From Promethearchaeota archaeon (GTDB lineage: Archaea > Asgardarchaeota > Lokiarchaeia > Sigyniarchaeales > Promethearchaeaceae), in contig JAFGBS010000027.1 of the NCBI GenBank assembly GCA_016933055.1, positions 60,001 through 92,000 on the forward strand: a stretch of 32,000 bases of DNA, read 5' to 3'. The position numbers and the translations under genes were made by a program. The notes under the pieces are model-generated. The model searched no databases, was not told the origin of the DNA, and was given only the letters and a program-made list of their open reading frames with translations. This document shows, in pieces, positions 9,907-19,213 of the stretch. Every line of letters begins with the position of its first letter. The first letter of the stretch is position 1.

Positions 9907-11682
9907 ATGATCCGAACGAATATAGATGAAAGGAACCCTTGGTTTAATGCAAAATATTGGCCCCCTCACATGCCCAAACAACTCGAATTTGATGAAACCA
10001 AAACGTTATATGATGCATTTGTTGAATCTGCGGAGAAATATAGTGATGAAGATGCATTCTGGTTTTTAGATTCTTGGATGACGTATGGAGAAATGCATCA
10101 AGCGATTGATAATTTCGCAGCTGGGTTGAATGCATTAGGAATGAATAAAGGGGATGTATTTGGAATTTTATTACCTAATTGTTATCAATTCATTATTGCT
10201 TATTATGCATGCTTGAAAATCGGCGTAATAACGACCCCAATGAACCCGACATATAAACCTGGAGAAATTTTACATCAACTTAAAATGACAAAAGTCAAAG
10301 CACTGATCATCTTAGATTCTTTAAATGAAGGATTACTGCAGCCCGTTCGTGAAAAATATCCTTTGAAGTTCGTTATATCTACAGGAATCTTGGATTTCGC
10401 AAAATTTTCTCCAATCAAAAAAATTCTAGCCAAACTACTAAAAAAAGTACCCACTGGAAAGGTTCCAAATTCGATTAAGATCCATCAAGTATTAAACCTT
10501 GGAAAAAAAAGCCCCGTGGAAAAAGCTCAATTAGATCCTTTAAACGACGTTGCAACCTACTTAATGACGGGAGGAACCACTGGAATTCCCAAAGCCGCAG
10601 TTCTCACTCATTCTAATATTTATACTAACGCGAAACAATGTTCGTGGTGGGTTTTATTTCAAAAAGAAGAAGATGGAGAGTTTCTCAAAATCACTCCGAA
10701 AACAGGAATGGTAGGTGTGTTACCATTTTTCCACTCCTTCGGAATGACGGTCGTAATGAATGCTGCTATCATTAGTGGGGGATCAATAATTATGTTCCCT
10801 CGACCTCCTCCCACTGAGGAACTATTGGGAACTCTTCATGATATACCATTAGATTCTTTCATGTATCCTGGTGCTGAGGTCCTTTTCCAGAGAATCGCCG
10901 ATTTACCCCAAGAAATTATAGATAAATATGATCTAAGGGGTAAACTTACAATGTGCCTAAGCGGTGCAGGCCCATTACATGAATATGTCAGACAACCTTT
11001 TGAAGCTAAAACGGGCGGAAAAATTGTAGAGGGATACGGTCTAACGGAGACAAGCCCTGTCCTTAGTGCGGGGAACTTTTATGGGGAATATCGATGCGTG
11101 GAAACCATTGGATTGCCATTTCCAGGGGTGGATTGGAAAATCTTTCCTTCTGAAGACTTCAATACTGGACCTATTGAAGGATTCGGAGAAGAATATACAG
11201 GTGAAATTTGCGCTTCGGGTCCTCAAATCATGAAAGAATACTTGGATAGACCTGAAGAAACTGCTGACACCATTAAAGAATGGAAGGGCAAATACTGGTT
11301 ACGTACCGGGGACATTGGATTTATGGATGAGTTTGGTCGCATGGTTATTCGGGATCGTAAAAAACAGCTGATTAAAATGCGTGGATATTCTATTTATCCG
11401 AAAGAGGTGGAGACACTGGTTGGAAATCATCCTGACGTGCTGGAGGTGGCAGTAGCGGGTCTACCCGATAAAGAAACTGGAGAACTGGTAAAGGCTTGGG
11501 TAAAGGTAAAAGTGGGTAGCAATCTAACACCAGACGCATTACGGGATTGGTGTAAGGAAAATATGACCCATTACAAGGTTCCTAAGTTAATTGAATTTAG
11601 AGATGAAATTCCAAAGAACATAATTGGGAAAGTACAGAGAAGATTACTTCAAGAACAAGATCCTCTTTATCAAAATGAATAA
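9907..11682 (+). CDS. fadD: Long-chain fatty acid--CoA ligase (second paralogue)
   Basis: MTGGTTGIPKA, EGYGLTET, LRTGDIG and PKNIIGKV motifs. Confidence 0.85.
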   Translation: MIRTNIDERNPWFNAKYWPPHMPKQLEFDETKTLYDAFVESAEKYSDEDAFWFLDSWMTYGEMHQAIDNFAAGLNALGMNKGDVFGILLPNCYQFIIAYYACLKIGVITTPMNPTYKPGEILHQLKMTKVKALIILDSLNEGLLQPVREKYPLKFVISTGILDFAKFSPIKKILAKLLKKVPTGKVPNSIKIHQVLNLGKKSPVEKAQLDPLNDVATYLMTGGTTGIPKAAVLTHSNIYTNAKQCSWWVLFQKEEDGEFLKITPKTGMVGVLPFFHSFGMTVVMNAAIISGGSIIMFPRPPPTEELLGTLHDIPLDSFMYPGAEVLFQRIADLPQEIIDKYDLRGKLTMCLSGAGPLHEYVRQPFEAKTGGKIVEGYGLTETSPVLSAGNFYGEYRCVETIGLPFPGVDWKIFPSEDFNTGPIEGFGEEYTGEICASGPQIMKEYLDRPEETADTIKEWKGKYWLRTGDIGFMDEFGRMVIRDRKKQLIKMRGYSIYPKEVETLVGNHPDVLEVAVAGLPDKETGELVKAWVKVKVGSNLTPDALRDWCKENMTHYKVPKLIEFRDEIPKNIIGKVQRRLLQEQDPLYQNE

Positions 11683-11709
11683 AACAATCCCCTTTTTGCC
11701 TTTCTTGAT

Positions 11710-12327
11710 TTTTATTTACCCTTTCCCACACTGGTAGGTTAAAATCGGGAATTTGAATCTCTTTTACAATATCAACAACTTTTCGTAGAAATGTACATTA
11801 CATTCAATTTCGGTTTCCAAGTACACAGGGATATATCTTAGTAATTCATCAATCATGGATTTTACTAATGTAATTCCAACGACTTGCCTTTGGTAATTTG
11901 GATGAACTCCGATAACATAGAGTTAGAGATAAGGGTTTTCAATACGTGAATGTCTATCTCTTTCAAGAATTTCAAATACATGTGATATTTTTTGTCCAAT
12001 TTATCAACCCAAACGAATAGTGGGAATTATTGAACCACTTAAAATAATTCTCCACTAAGAAATATGGGTAAAAGGATTTCCTAACCACGCTGCAAAACGC
12101 TCTAAGTCAGATGAATGTGCATATGTTTTTCCATAATGTAAAGAATATTTAATTGGTACTCCAAATACCATAGAAACTTTTCAGATTCATCCTCTGATAC
12201 CTTAGACCAGATAATGTCATCCCAAAATGCTTCCCCTAATATATTAAATGCCCTTACAAAATCTTGGGGTGACATTTAATATAAATTTTCAAAATTTGGA
12301 AGAATGGTGGACTTTTTCATTTTTCAT
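11710..12327 (-). pseudogene. Decayed tandem paralogue of the adjacent GNAT acetyltransferase (absent from the ORF track)
   Basis: Manual translation gives ILGEAFWDDIIW, VFGVPIKYSLHYGKTYA, WRIILSG, VIGVHP, IPVYLETE..NVHFYE and NLPVW, colinear with 12432-13058. It is broken by TAA (12276-78), TAG, TGA-TAA, a further TAA and about three frameshifts; AAGGAG SD retained. Confidence 0.85.
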
Positions 12328-12431
12328 TTTTGGTATTTCTCCTTCTTTGAAAATCTGAGAAAAATTCCATTTTGTATTTTTTATATTATAGTGTACTCAA
12401 TACTGCTTTACTAAGCGTAAAAACGAATTTC

Positions 12432-13058
12432 TTACTTATTATGATACACCATAACATATACAGGCAAATTTACTAGAGGAACATGTATTTTTTTCGAGAT
12501 CTTAAATCCAAATCTTTCATAGAATCGAACATTTTTTTCAGTTTCAGTTTCTAAATAAACTGGAATATCAGAATCTAGCTGATCAAGCATTAATTTCAAT
12601 AATTTCGATCCTATTCCTTCTCCCTGTTTTTCTGGGTGAACACCTAATGCAAACAAGTATAGGAAAGGAATCTGTTTGAAATTTTTTCTGTGTTTATCAA
12701 CTCGATTATACACTTTGAATATATTACTGATGATCTTCCATTTCAACTGCATTACAGGTTTTATTGCGCCGCTATATAAGAGTCGCCACAAAGTTACATT
12801 AGTATAAGGTGAGGTTAACCAACATGCTATACCATCCATATTGGCAGTTAGAGCATAAGCTTTACCAAATTTTAATGTATATTTTAAAGATATGCCAAAA
12901 ACTGTCCGAAATTTGTTAAACTGATTGTGTAATATTCGTTTCCATATTGGATCTACTTTAAAAGCTTCTCCAAGCACTTTAGATGCCTTAGTGTAATCTT
13001 TCTCAGTCAATTTGTAAAGATCAGATAGATTTGGTATTTCAAACGTTCTATTTTTCAT
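12432..13058 (-). CDS. GNAT-family N-acetyltransferase
   Basis: LGVHPEKQGEGIG acetyl-CoA motif A and YLETE..NVRFYERFGF motif B. Confidence 0.85.
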   Translation of the reverse strand: MKNRTFEIPNLSDLYKLTEKDYTKASKVLGEAFKVDPIWKRILHNQFNKFRTVFGISLKYTLKFGKAYALTANMDGIACWLTSPYTNVTLWRLLYSGAIKPVMQLKWKIISNIFKVYNRVDKHRKNFKQIPFLYLFALGVHPEKQGEGIGSKLLKLMLDQLDSDIPVYLETETEKNVRFYERFGFKISKKIHVPLVNLPVYVMVYHNK

Positions 13059-13213
13059 TCTAGTAATACAAATTCAAATAGCATTAAAACCAAAGGAAAT
13101 CGAAAAAATCAAACTCATAGGATCAGGAAGGAATTGCTAATGCTACCATTTATAACTTCTTCAAAGAATCTTTACATTGAATTGATACAAGAAAATTGGG
13201 TGGCAGAATAATT

Positions 13214-14683
13214 ATGGTTATAAAATCTGGTCTTGAATATCGACAAAGTCTCAAACAGAGAAAACGAATGAATATTTATTTCATGGGGGAGAAAATCAAC
13301 GACCCTCTATCTCATCCGATTATGAAAGCGGCAGTAAACTCAATAGCATTAACTTATGATTTAGCGTGTGATCCTGAATATAAACATGTGATGACAACTA
13401 AATCGGCAATAACTGGTGAAAAAATCAATAGATTTTGTCATATCCATCAAAGTACAGAGGATTTGATCAAAAAAGTAGAAATGCTAAGAATTTTAGGTCA
13501 AAAAACGGGCACTTGCTTCCAAAGATGTGTTGGCATGGATGCTATGAATGCAGTTTATATAACCACCTTTGAAATCGATGAAAAATATGGCACAGATTAT
13601 CATAAAAGATTCCAAAAATACGTCATACAAGCAGAAGAAAATGACTGGACCATCGATGGCTGTATGACAGATCCAAAAGGAGATAGAAGCAAGAGACCAT
13701 CAGAACAAAAAGATCTGGATCTCTACGTCCATGTAGTAAAACGAATTGATGATGGGGTAGTAATTCGGGGAGCTAAAGCTCATCAAACAGGAGCAATTAA
13801 TAGTCATGAGCATTTAATAATGCCAACCTTAACAATGAGGAAAGAAGACAAAGATTATACAATTTGTTGTGCGGTTCCTGCAGATGATCCAAAAATTATT
13901 TATATCTATGGAAGACAAGCGAGCGATCTACGACGATTAGATGACAGTGAATCTGGAGATATTGATTGTGGGAACCCCGAATTTGGAGGTCAAGAAGCAC
14001 TTGTGATATTTGATGATGTGTTTGTTCCCAGAGAACGTATTTTTATGAATGGAGAAACAGATTTCTGTGGACGGTTAGTGGAAACCTTCGCGGCATATCA
14101 CCGTCAATCGTATGGTGGATGTAAGGTTGGTGTTGGAGATATATTAATTGGTGCTGCAGCAACAATCTCAGAATACAACGGAACCAAAAATGCCTCTCAT
14201 ATCCGAGATAAAATTACCGAAATGGTGCATCTCAATGAAACACTATATTCTTGTGGGATTGCATGTTCATCATGTGGACAGAAAACCTCATCGGGGAACT
14301 ATCTAGTAGATATTCTGCTTGCAAATGTATGCAAGCAGAATGTTACTAGATTTCCATTTGATATAGCTCGGTTACTCCACGACATAGCGGGTGGTATTTT
14401 TGTTACGATGCCGAGTGCAAAAGATTTATCGAATCCCGAAACAGCGAAATGGGTAAAAAAATATCTCTCTGGAGTAGAAGGGATTGAAACTAAAGACCGA
14501 ATGAAAATGATGCGATTGATTGAAAACCTAGTTTTAGGTAGAGCTGCAGTGGGGTACTTAACAGAATCAATGCATGGCGCTGGATCCCCCCAAGCTCAAA
14601 AAATCATGATCCAACGACTGGTAGATATTGAGCTAAAAAAACGATATGCTAAAACCCTGGCTCATATAAAGGATGAATCTTAA
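13214..14683 (+). CDS. abfD: 4-hydroxybutyryl-CoA dehydratase / vinylacetyl-CoA isomerase (start revised to ATG 13214)
   Basis: CFQRCVGMD and HRQSYGGC provide the 3 Cys + 1 His [4Fe-4S] ligands; MTDPKGDRS, GAKAHQTG and HGAGSP motifs. Confidence 0.9.
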   Translation: MVIKSGLEYRQSLKQRKRMNIYFMGEKINDPLSHPIMKAAVNSIALTYDLACDPEYKHVMTTKSAITGEKINRFCHIHQSTEDLIKKVEMLRILGQKTGTCFQRCVGMDAMNAVYITTFEIDEKYGTDYHKRFQKYVIQAEENDWTIDGCMTDPKGDRSKRPSEQKDLDLYVHVVKRIDDGVVIRGAKAHQTGAINSHEHLIMPTLTMRKEDKDYTICCAVPADDPKIIYIYGRQASDLRRLDDSESGDIDCGNPEFGGQEALVIFDDVFVPRERIFMNGETDFCGRLVETFAAYHRQSYGGCKVGVGDILIGAAATISEYNGTKNASHIRDKITEMVHLNETLYSCGIACSSCGQKTSSGNYLVDILLANVCKQNVTRFPFDIARLLHDIAGGIFVTMPSAKDLSNPETAKWVKKYLSGVEGIETKDRMKMMRLIENLVLGRAAVGYLTESMHGAGSPQAQKIMIQRLVDIELKKRYAKTLAHIKDES

Positions 14684-14694
14684 TAACAGATTTC

Positions 14695-15123
14695 TTATTT
14701 TTTTTTTGAACACGTCTCACAAATTTTGTAAACGTCTAGGTTTTGTCCTAGGATATCATTATCTAATTCTGATTTCAAATTCAAGAAGAATTCTTCTACT
14801 ACTTCAGATTCATAATCGGATATACTGTTACATTTTGGGCATATAATATTAACATGGATGTTTTGGTTCGGATCATATCTTGAAGGAGTAGTATTAAGAT
14901 TTAATTCCGAAATTAATCCCATTTCCTTTAATAAAGCTATTGTTTTATAGACTGTGGCTCGACTTATCGTTTTATATTTTTTTTTTATATTTGAATAAAT
15001 TTTTTCTGCACTTGGATGATCTGTACTTTTTAAAACATAATTGCAAATTCCTAATCTCTGAGGTGTAACTTTAAATCCGCGAGAGTGGAAGAGTTTTATT
15101 AATTTTTCATCATTTATATCCAA
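14695..15123 (-). CDS. perR: Fur-family metalloregulator, probably PerR-like
   Basis: TPQR..I, HPSA, SRATVY HTH motifs, CxxC..CxxC zinc site; divergent from catalase; TTG start. Confidence 0.75.
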   Translation of the reverse strand: MDINDEKLIKLFHSRGFKVTPQRLGICNYVLKSTDHPSAEKIYSNIKKKYKTISRATVYKTIALLKEMGLISELNLNTTPSRYDPNQNIHVNIICPKCNSISDYESEVVEEFFLNLKSELDNDILGQNLDVYKICETCSKKK

Positions 15124-15165
15124 GTTTTTCTAACCTTCTTCTTTAATATTCCCAATATTCGTTTT

Positions 15166-15179
15166 TATTTAAATTTCGT
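15166..15179 (-). promoter_or_regulatory. BRE-TATA promoter of the Fur/PerR gene
   Basis: Minus strand reads ACGAAA-TTTAAATA, matching the archaeal BRE+TATA consensus about 43 nt upstream of the start. Confidence 0.6.
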
Positions 15180-15187
15180 AGTATTAT

Positions 15188-15201
15188 AGGAATGTTTATA
15201 T
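15188..15201 (+). promoter_or_regulatory. Probable BRE-TATA of catalase
   Basis: AGGAATG-TTTATAT about 60 nt upstream of the ATG. Confidence 0.45.
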
Positions 15202-15202
15202 G

Positions 15203-15226
15203 AATGATTATCAATTAATAATCATT
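15203..15226. promoter_or_regulatory. Fur/Per-box-like inverted-repeat operator
   Basis: AATGATTAT-CAATTA-ATAATCATT has perfect 9-bp arms and resembles the Fur box GATAATGATAATCATTATC; it lies directly downstream of the catalase TATA box. Confidence 0.65.
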
Positions 15227-15260
15227 ACTCTTTGATAACAAATCGCAAGAGGAATATGCA

Positions 15261-16715
15261 ATGAAAAGTGAAAATAAAAGAAAGAAAGAAAAGACTTTAA
15301 CTACCCATGCAGGTCGACCGATTGCGGATAATCAGAATTCATTAACTGCTGGTCCACGAGGTCCACTATTAGCTCAAGACTTCCAACTTTTTGAAAAACT
15401 AGCTCATTTTAATAGAGAACGAATCCCAGAACGCATTGTGCATGCAAAAGGTGCTGGTGGATTTGGGACATTCACTGTTACTAATGATATCACGAAATAT
15501 ACTAAAGCTAAAGTCTTTTCAGAAATAGGTAAAAAAACTAGCATCGTTGCAAGATTTTCTACGGTAGCGGGAGAAAAAGGATCTGCCGATACAGTTAGAG
15601 ATGTTCGCGGATTTGCAGTGAAATTTTATACTGAAGACGGAAATTGGGATATGGTAGGAAATAATACACCTGTATTTTTTGTTCGAGATCCCTTTAAATT
15701 TATGGATTTCATCCATTCACAAAAACGGGAACCAGATACAAATTTACGGTCTGATACAATGCAATGGGACTTTTGGTCTCTTAGTCCTGAAACATTACAT
15801 CAAGTAACCATTCTCTTTTCCGATCGGGGTATTCCATATGGATTTACCCATATGAATGGATATAGCAGTCATACCTACAGTTTTATAAACGATAAGGATG
15901 AACGCTTTTGGGTGAAATTTCATTTCAAAACTATGCAGGGAATAAAAAATTTCAAGCAAGCGGAAGCAGATGAAATTGCTGGGACAAATCCTGACTGGGC
16001 AACTCAAGATTTATTTAATCGAATTGAAGAAGCAGAATTTCCAAAATGGAAAGTTCACGTGCAAATAATGCCGGAAATGGAGGCTGAAGAATATGAATGG
16101 AATCCTTTTGACTTAACCAAAGTTTGGCCCCATAAAGACTACCCATTAATCGAAGTAGGGATTATGGAATTGAATAAGAATCCATCCAATTATTTTGCAG
16201 ATATTGAGCAAGCAGCTTTTGCACCTGCGAACGTGGTTCCTGGAATAAGTTTCTCTCCAGATAAAATGCTTCAAGCTCGGATTTTTGCTTATACTGATGC
16301 CCATCGATATCGTTTAGGTGTAAATTATGAGATCTTACCCGTGAATCGACCAAAAGTAGAAGTACACAGTTATAATCGAGACGGTTTCATGCGACATGAT
16401 GGCAATTACGGAAATACAGTTAATTATGAACCAAACAGTTTCGGAGGACCAAAGGAAAATCCCGAATTTAAAGAACCTCCATTAAAGATTTCTGGTGATG
16501 CAGATAGATATGGACAACCAATTGTGGATGCAGACTTCATTCAACCGGGAAATTTATATCGGTTGATGCCTTCAGAGGAGCAAAAAAGATTAATAGAAAA
16601 CATTGTTAGGAGCTTAAAGAAAGCACCAATCGAAATTCAGAAGCGTATGATTACTCTTTTCAGCAAAGCAGACATAAATTACGGACAAGGTGTAGCTAAA
16701 GGATTAGGATTGTAA
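15261..16715 (+). CDS. katA: Monofunctional small-subunit heme catalase
   Basis: [15 protein letters not shown] (distal His), VGNNTPVFF and [14 protein letters not shown] (proximal Tyr). Confidence 0.95.
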   Translation: MKSENKRKKEKTLTTHAGRPIADNQNSLTAGPRGPLLAQDFQLFEKLAHFNRERIPERIVHAKGAGGFGTFTVTNDITKYTKAKVFSEIGKKTSIVARFSTVAGEKGSADTVRDVRGFAVKFYTEDGNWDMVGNNTPVFFVRDPFKFMDFIHSQKREPDTNLRSDTMQWDFWSLSPETLHQVTILFSDRGIPYGFTHMNGYSSHTYSFINDKDERFWVKFHFKTMQGIKNFKQAEADEIAGTNPDWATQDLFNRIEEAEFPKWKVHVQIMPEMEAEEYEWNPFDLTKVWPHKDYPLIEVGIMELNKNPSNYFADIEQAAFAPANVVPGISFSPDKMLQARIFAYTDAHRYRLGVNYEILPVNRPKVEVHSYNRDGFMRHDGNYGNTVNYEPNSFGGPKENPEFKEPPLKISGDADRYGQPIVDADFIQPGNLYRLMPSEEQKRLIENIVRSLKKAPIEIQKRMITLFSKADINYGQGVAKGLGL

Positions 16716-17177
16716 ATCATTTTTAAAATATTTTTAATTTTTTCCATTTTTATTTTCTTTTTCACATCTCTACTCAGTTCTACACTATTTCAAAACAGTC
16801 TTAAAGAAAATTATGCAATTAGTAAAATGAAAGTGGAATCTCATATTAGTGATTAATAGTTCTATATACATTCTCGTGGAATTATAAATGAAAATAATAA
16901 TCAATTTAAAGTATTAGGTTGTTAAACTGGTTGTGTCCTCTGGTATCGAAAGAATTATTAACTAAAAAAATCGGTACGAATAGCGGAATTTAATTTTAAG
17001 TAGTAAAATTCTATTCCGTGATACCCAAAAATTTCACATTCGGTGAATAGGGGGTATATAGTAAGAAGTTCTGTCAATTTGGTGTAAAGTTAGATTCATG
17101 AATAAACCTCATGCTTCTACTATGTATTCGACATTTGGGGTAGTTACTCGTGCTATCTTCCCGCACCAAGGACCGAC

Positions 17178-17317
17178 CTATTCTACATCTATACGGGCAT
17201 TAAATGGGCTTAAACTCGTAAATTGATTCTATTTTACGAATTTGACGTTTTTTTATGATAGTATCATGTTAAAGGACTTCAATCTTTAATGGATAGACCC
17301 GTATAGATGTTGATTAG
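17178..17317. repeat. 140-nt intergenic element bounded by 20-bp imperfect inverted repeats, with internal hairpins
   Basis: ACATCTATACGGG (17185-97) pairs perfectly with CCCGTATAGATGT (17298-310), extending to 18/20. CATTAAA/TTTAATG stacks inside across a 6-nt bulge; inner palindromes TCGTAAA..TTTACGA and ATGATAGTATCAT. Confidence 0.6.
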
Positions 17318-17320
17318 AAG

Positions 17321-17330
17321 AAAAAAAAAA
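17321..17330 (-). terminator. Probable oligo-T terminator for the 18915-17349 gene pair
   Basis: Ten T on the minus strand, 18 nt after the stop at 17349. Confidence 0.5.
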
Positions 17331-17348
17331 TAAATCAGTTTTTCGTTT

Positions 17349-18035
17349 TTAATTTGGTTTTTTTAGTTTGGACAGGGCAAATACAAGAATTCCAACAGCT
17401 ACAAGCAATAATCCTAATCCAATTTGGATTGCTTCTATCATCCCGTAGCTCATATAAAGGTCTGCAGCAGCCATTATATGACTTGGTCCTACAATTAAGG
17501 ATTGGATCGCAATTACAACTCCTGGGAAGAATAGTACTGCTGCTGTAATGTTTGCTCTTTTTTTCACACGTCTGACATTTGCAATATTCGATGATTTAAA
17601 TGTTGGGTAGAATATTGCTAACATTATAACTACAATTCCCCAAAGAATCGTTCTCATGTAACTTGGAGTACTTCCTCCATTAATGTAAAGAAGGAACCAT
17701 GGAACAAATCCTGAAATGACACCCAGAAAGGATGTAAACAGTGATAATCCCCAAAATGCTTTCCATCGAGCGAATAGTGCAACAATACATAGGATTCCTA
17801 AGATACTTGCGACCCATGTAGCAATATTTGCAATTATGTAGTAAAGATTGTACTGAGTTATCACTTGATATAGTTTGTAGGAGGATAATTCAAGTATTTC
17901 TCCCTCTTCCACAATAAGAATTCGTTCAGGGTGATAAGCAGGACACATTGCCCCGTACGCTGACATCAATCCAATTAATACCGCTAATATTAAAACAATA
18001 GCGAGTGTTACTTTTTTTCCAACTCCATTTGCCAT
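17349..18035 (-). CDS. Hypothetical membrane protein (about 6 TM)
   Basis: 228 aa with six hydrophobic helices; 73 nt downstream of a co-oriented membrane gene. Confidence 0.7.
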   Translation of the reverse strand: MANGVGKKVTLAIVLILAVLIGLMSAYGAMCPAYHPERILIVEEGEILELSSYKLYQVITQYNLYYIIANIATWVASILGILCIVALFARWKAFWGLSLFTSFLGVISGFVPWFLLYINGGSTPSYMRTILWGIVVIMLAIFYPTFKSSNIANVRRVKKRANITAAVLFFPGVVIAIQSLIVGPSHIMAAADLYMSYGMIEAIQIGLGLLLVAVGILVFALSKLKKPN

Positions 18036-18108
18036 ATTTATCGACTTCCGTTTTTTTGTTTAGTTTTTTATGAAAATATGTAATTTTATACCACTTAATC
18101 AAGTGGCA

Positions 18109-18915
18109 TTACTCTCGTGGTAAATTCTCAGGTTTTACGATTTTATCCCATAAGTATGGAATAACGACTATAAGTAAAATGATTAGAGACATCGCAGGGG
18201 CTGCCAAATACATGCTAAATTCACCTTTTTCTATCGTAGTTATTATTCCCATAGGAATACCGACACCCATCTCTAATATAGTTGCACACATAGCCAGAAT
18301 GCGAACCCATTTTTTTGGTGATAGCATAACCCCGATAGTAATTAAAGCAAAGCATATTCCAGCACTCCAATGTAAGGGATTTGCAATTATGTAGAACAAT
18401 TCTCCCTTCATCCAAAATATGTTTAAACTCGCTGTTCCGTTAATAACTGACATTACAAGCGCCATCCCGGTCATTAAACCCAATATGATCCTTCCAAAGT
18501 TCTTCTTTCCTACCAAAAAGTTTAGTAGTAAGTAAATTAATGCATTCGGTAGGAAGATTAAGGCATAATAGGGTGTCATACCGGTATCCATCGCCGGAAT
18601 AATCGGCCAGAATGAGAACTGTAGCGCAAATACATTTGCAATCATCGAAATCTTGTATGCATAACTTCTTTCTGTGACGAATCCATATAAACCAAATATA
18701 TACAGGAATCCCCCTACAAAACCCAAACTAGCCCATATCGGAAGCAAATACTTTATAATTTTCCAGTTTGTACGAAGTGGATATTGAGCAAGCTGAGCGG
18801 CAATCATAGCATCATACTGGGTGAAAAAAATGACTGCATTAAGACCAATCCCCAAAAATGCACCAATTATGGCAAGCGTAAATCCAAACCATCTATTTTT
18901 ATAATTTTGTTCCAT
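18109..18915 (-). CDS. Uncharacterised 8-TM membrane protein, paralogue of 28387-29214
   Basis: Shares GF(V/I)GG, NV.(A/S)L..SFWP.IP.M, IFLPN, LGL..GMA....IN..AS and FSM...AP..S with the 28387 ORF. Confidence 0.75.
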   Translation of the reverse strand: MEQNYKNRWFGFTLAIIGAFLGIGLNAVIFFTQYDAMIAAQLAQYPLRTNWKIIKYLLPIWASLGFVGGFLYIFGLYGFVTERSYAYKISMIANVFALQFSFWPIIPAMDTGMTPYYALIFLPNALIYLLLNFLVGKKNFGRIILGLMTGMALVMSVINGTASLNIFWMKGELFYIIANPLHWSAGICFALITIGVMLSPKKWVRILAMCATILEMGVGIPMGIITTIEKGEFSMYLAAPAMSLIILLIVVIPYLWDKIVKPENLPRE

Positions 18916-18997
18916 GTTCTGTTCACATCTATTATTTCACTTAGAACCATAAATCGTTCATAAGTCAAACTAAGTGGCTTATAAATGATCCGTTAAG

Positions 18998-19020
18998 ATT
19001 TATCATAAATTTTGATAAAT
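18998..19020. promoter_or_regulatory. Operator-like palindrome between divergent operons
   Basis: ATTTATCA-N7-TGATAAAT, perfect 8-bp arms (short AT-rich palindromes can arise by chance). Confidence 0.35.
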
Positions 19021-19146
19021 ACTTTACATATAAAGCCATATTTAAGTCTATCATCTTCTATCGGTTGAGAAAAACTGAGAAAAGACGGAATATTGCTAAA
19101 TTTACTTTACAAGTGCGATATTTTCAAAAAAATAATGAAAATTACC

Positions 19147-19154
19147 TTTATATA
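19147..19154 (+). promoter_or_regulatory. Probable TATA box of the nine-gene operon
   Basis: TTTATATA preceded by purine-rich AATGAAAA, about 60 nt before ATG 19214. Confidence 0.45.
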
Positions 19155-19213
19155 TGCATCTGATAAACCAGTTATTAATATTAATCAAAAATTGTTAGAT
19201 TAAGGCAAAAATT

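Noticed and set aside
11710-12327. Selenocysteine/pyrrolysine read-through or alternative genetic code in the GNAT copy
   Set aside because: All three stop types plus frameshifts occur at Trp, Lys, Leu and Tyr positions, which indicates decay
13214-14683. 4-hydroxyphenylacetate 3-monooxygenase (HpaB) annotation
   Set aside because: The Cys3His Fe-S ligands specific to AbfD are present
16950-17110. Minus-strand fragment LYTKLTELL..FTECEIFGYHG, faintly like a methyltransferase C-terminus
   Set aside because: Too short and stop-ridden to support by eye; a tblastn hit would be needed
17178-17317. SECIS element
   Set aside because: No tandem GA/kink-turn core in the stem, and no neighbouring gene with an in-frame TGA
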